Notes under the pieces: generated by a model
The model's database searches: none
What the model saw: the letters and a program-made list of their open reading frames with translations, nothing else
What the model was told of the DNA's origin: nothing
Shown: piece after piece, positions 61,478 to 64,000 of the stretch
Layout: each line of letters begins with the position of its first letter
Position numbering within the stretch: the first letter of the stretch is position 1
Program-made: the position numbers and the translations under genes
Assembly (NCBI GenBank): GCA_041640595.1
Contig: JBEPZY010000009.1
Coordinates: forward strand, 1 to 64,000
DNA: 64,000 nucleotides
Direction of reading: 5' to 3'
Origin: Gemmatales bacterium
GTDB lineage: Bacteria; Planctomycetota; Planctomycetia; Gemmatales; HRBIN36

Positions 61478-62302
61478 ATGCACCTCCAGGAGAAGCCAGT
61501 AAGCCAGGACTGGACAGAAGAGCGAACGGAAGCGCCAGCGAGCTTCTCCATATGGGAGCTATTGCGTTCCATCATCCGATTCAGCTGGGGACGTCCGATC
61601 TGGAGCTGGCAAACCCTGGTGAGCTTGCTGCTGGTCGGGCTGGCCGCAGGTGCCGTGGTTGCCCATCGGGCGATACGCGGAGAGTGGGCCGAGCAGGAAT
61701 TTTTCTCCGAAGTGCTCCTGGGTGGATATGTTGGCTTCTTGTTGCCGGTGTTGTGTCTCAGTTTCGGTACGCAACTGGTGGGTGGTGCCTGGGAGGAAGG
61801 CTGGCTAATCTGGTTGCTGCTCAGGCCGATACCGCGGGGCCTGGTGTATGGGTTATTGCTGGCCGCAGCTGTTCCCTGGACGCTGGCGTTGACGCTCGGT
61901 GGTGCATTGCTTCTCGCAGCCCTGGCCGGGCATGCTACCTTTCGTGCCTGCTTATCCGTTTTGCTTCCGCTGACGATCGGCAGTGTGGCTTATCTGGCGT
62001 TTTTTGTTTGTCTGAGCGTCTGGCTCCGCCGTGCTGCCCTGGTGAGCATCGCTTACGTCTTCGTGGTGGAAAACGTCATCAGCTATCTGCCAGGCTGGAT
62101 CAATCGCGGCAGCATCAGTTTTTACATTCGCTCGCTGCTAATTGCTGACGGGCCAGTTCCGTTTGAAAATGACGCGATTTTGTCGCTGGTGCCCGTAAGT
62201 CCAACCGTAGCCTGGACGGGTCTGCTGATAATAACGTTCGCTTTCACCGTTGCAGGTGGTATGATTTTTTCGCGCCGGGAATACGTCGAAGGCAATCCGT
62301 AG
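61478..62302 (+). CDS. ABC-2-type transporter permease subunit
   Basis: About six hydrophobic helices, WEEGWLIWLLLRPIPR loop, C-terminal FSRREY. Confidence 0.75.
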   Translation: MHLQEKPVSQDWTEERTEAPASFSIWELLRSIIRFSWGRPIWSWQTLVSLLLVGLAAGAVVAHRAIRGEWAEQEFFSEVLLGGYVGFLLPVLCLSFGTQLVGGAWEEGWLIWLLLRPIPRGLVYGLLLAAAVPWTLALTLGGALLLAALAGHATFRACLSVLLPLTIGSVAYLAFFVCLSVWLRRAALVSIAYVFVVENVISYLPGWINRGSISFYIRSLLIADGPVPFENDAILSLVPVSPTVAWTGLLIITFAFTVAGGMIFSRREYVEGNP

Positions 62303-62332
62303 CGGCGTGATCGTCGCCAGCCAGCGGCGGAA

Positions 62333-62992
62333 AACAAGTGGTCAGTGGCCAGCAATCAGTGGCCGGTGATCGGTGGTCAGTGGCTGGCAATCAGTGGCCG
62401 GTGATCGGTGACCGGTGGGCAGCAATCAGTGGCCGGTGATCGGTGGCCAGTGGCCGGCAATCAGTGGTCGGTGATCGGTGGCCAGTGGCCGGCAATCAGT
62501 GGCCGGTGATCGGTGGTCAGTGGCCGGCAATCAGTGGTCGGTGCTCAGTGGCCAGTGGCCAGCAATCAGTGACCGGTGATCGGTGGTCAGTGGCCGGCAA
62601 TCAGTGGTCGGTGATCGGTGACCGGTGGGCAGCAATCAGTGGCCGGTGATCGGTGGCCAGTGGCCGGCAATCAGTGGTCGGTGATCGGTGGTCAGTGGCC
62701 GGCAATCAGTGGTCGGTGATCGGTGGTCAGTGGTCAGAGGCCAGCGGTCGGTGGCCGGTGACCAGAGCTCGGTGATCGGTGGCCAACTGGGAGCGGTCAG
62801 CCGCGGGTGGACGGTGACCAGCGGTTCGTATCCAGCTTACAAGCGTAACCAATCACGCAGCAAGCGCCCAAGGCCATATTCCCGGCAACTGGCCACTGAC
62901 CACTGATCACCGACCACTACTAGGGGCCACTTGTAACTGCCTGCTAATGACTTTTCCGGCAACTGGCCACTGACCACTGATCACTGACCACC
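62333..62992. repeat. Inverted heptamer tandem arrays
   Basis: 62333-~62800 is built of cagtggc/cggtgat/cggtggt/cggcaat units with a recurring 35-bp superunit. Reverse-oriented ccggcaactggccactgaccactgatcac occurs at ~62882 and ~62956. Confidence 0.9.
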
Positions 62993-63135
62993 GAGGGAAG
63001 GGGTCTTGCACAGACGGCGTCGTTCGATAAACAGCCTGCAAATGCCCATTGGAAAGAAAGCGCACGAGTGACACCCTGGCGATCGGCGCCAGGTAGCCCC
63101 CAAACAAGCCGAAAATGCCATTGGGGAGAAAGCGT

Positions 63136-63867
63136 ATGAGTGACACTCCGCCGCCAGCTGCCTGGCTCTTCCAGGACGTCGCGGATTTCGTCGAGCAAAT
63201 CCGCGCCGCACAGGGTCGCGTAGTGCCAGCTTCGGGAGGTTATCGCCCAGCCCAGTTGACGGTATGCATCAGTCGCGAAACCGGCAGTCGCGGTGGAACC
63301 ATTGCCCGCAAGGTGGCGCAGCTATTGCAGTGGGACTACTACGACCAGGAAAAACTCGAATATCTGGCGCAGGAGGCCCATCTCGAACAGGAACTGTGGA
63401 TGGGATTACCCGAGCAGGCTCGCATTTGGGCGGAAGAGCACCTGCGGCAACTACAACACGAAGGCCGGCTCAGTCAGCATACAACCATTCAGCAGCTGGC
63501 GCGAGCTTTGTTAGCACTGGGTTGTCGCGGACACGCCGTCATCCTGGGTCGGGGAGCGGGTTATTTGTTGCCTCCAGCCAGCACGTTACTGGTACGGGTT
63601 ATAGCGGACGTAGCAGACCGTGTTCGTTACATCAGTGAATTCCACCGCCTGCCCGAAGAACAGGCTCGGCAATATGTCCGTCAAACCGACCAGCAAAGAA
63701 TGGAATTTGTACGCACTCATTTTGGCAGGGATCCGACGGAGGTGCATCAATACGACCTGGTAGTGAACTCCAGTTTGCTCAGCGTCGAAGCTGCCGCTCA
63801 GGTCATTGCCCTGGCTGCCCGTTACAAAGAATCGCAGCTGGATGAGACCGGCAACGCGGAATCGTGA
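63136..63867 (+). CDS. Cytidylate kinase-like family protein
   Basis: ISRETGSRGGTIARKVA, VILGRGA, RMEFVRTHFGRD, YDLVVNS. Confidence 0.85.
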   Translation: MSDTPPPAAWLFQDVADFVEQIRAAQGRVVPASGGYRPAQLTVCISRETGSRGGTIARKVAQLLQWDYYDQEKLEYLAQEAHLEQELWMGLPEQARIWAEEHLRQLQHEGRLSQHTTIQQLARALLALGCRGHAVILGRGAGYLLPPASTLLVRVIADVADRVRYISEFHRLPEEQARQYVRQTDQQRMEFVRTHFGRDPTEVHQYDLVVNSSLLSVEAAAQVIALAARYKESQLDETGNAES

Positions 63868-63879
63868 GGCTTGGCAGTG

Positions 63880-64000
63880 ATGGATACCGCCCCGGTGGCA
63901 TTTGCGGTTTCGCGCTTACGCAGTTTTGCGCCGGAAGTGGCACTGGTGCTGGGTTCTGGTCTGGACGGGGTAGCCGCGACCATTTCAGCAAGCGGAAGTT
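63880..64000 (+). CDS. Purine-nucleoside phosphorylase, 5' fragment (runs off window)
   Basis: Manual translation MDTAPVAFAVSRLRSFAPEVALVLGSGLDG matches the N-terminal VLGSGL motif of trimeric PNPs. Confidence 0.6.
   Translation, partial: MDTAPVAFAVSRLRSFAPEVALVLGSGLDGVAATISASGS

Noticed and set aside
62825..62880. Four-helix-bundle gene remnant between the inverted heptamer arrays
   Set aside because: Only a few codons (RFVSSLQA*), which is too little to support homology.
1..64000. tRNA, rRNA, riboswitch, prophage or intact IS
   Set aside because: None recognised by eye. A tRNAscan/Rfam run would be needed to exclude them formally.

Overview
GC-rich bacterial chromosomal window, most likely from a planctomycete (Gemmatales-like). 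This is inferred from two PVC-type CxxCH heme dehydrogenases, a TsaC-phosphatase fusion, a PQQ-like propeller, a sigma/Ser-Thr kinase pair and lineage-typical small proteins. Most of it is scattered housekeeping genes (ilvC, putA, cysC, nusA, ftsH, moaC, polyprenyl synthase, topA, priA, iscS, uxaC-like, start of a purine nucleoside phosphorylase). I saw no rRNA, tRNA, cas gene or intact transposase. The most unusual content is non-coding. (1) Three arrays of a 28-bp REP-like hairpin with compensatory stem changes and conserved ~60-bp linkers (BIME-like mosaics). (2) Heptamer tandem arrays in inverted arrangement around nusA and at 62.3-63.0 kb. (3) A 38-bp degenerate tandem array upstream of ilvC. 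(4) A terminator/antiterminator leader ahead of nusA. (5) A ~300-bp inverted-repeat element abutting a decayed RNase A-like toxin with an intact CdiI-like immunity gene. Notable proteins are an M1 peptidase fused to an Omp85-like barrel, a signal-peptide-bearing DapA-family enzyme, an Sm/LSM-like protein with paired upstream repeats, and a stand-alone Clp N-domain behind a perfect palindrome. All family assignments come from visual motif recognition; no searches were run.
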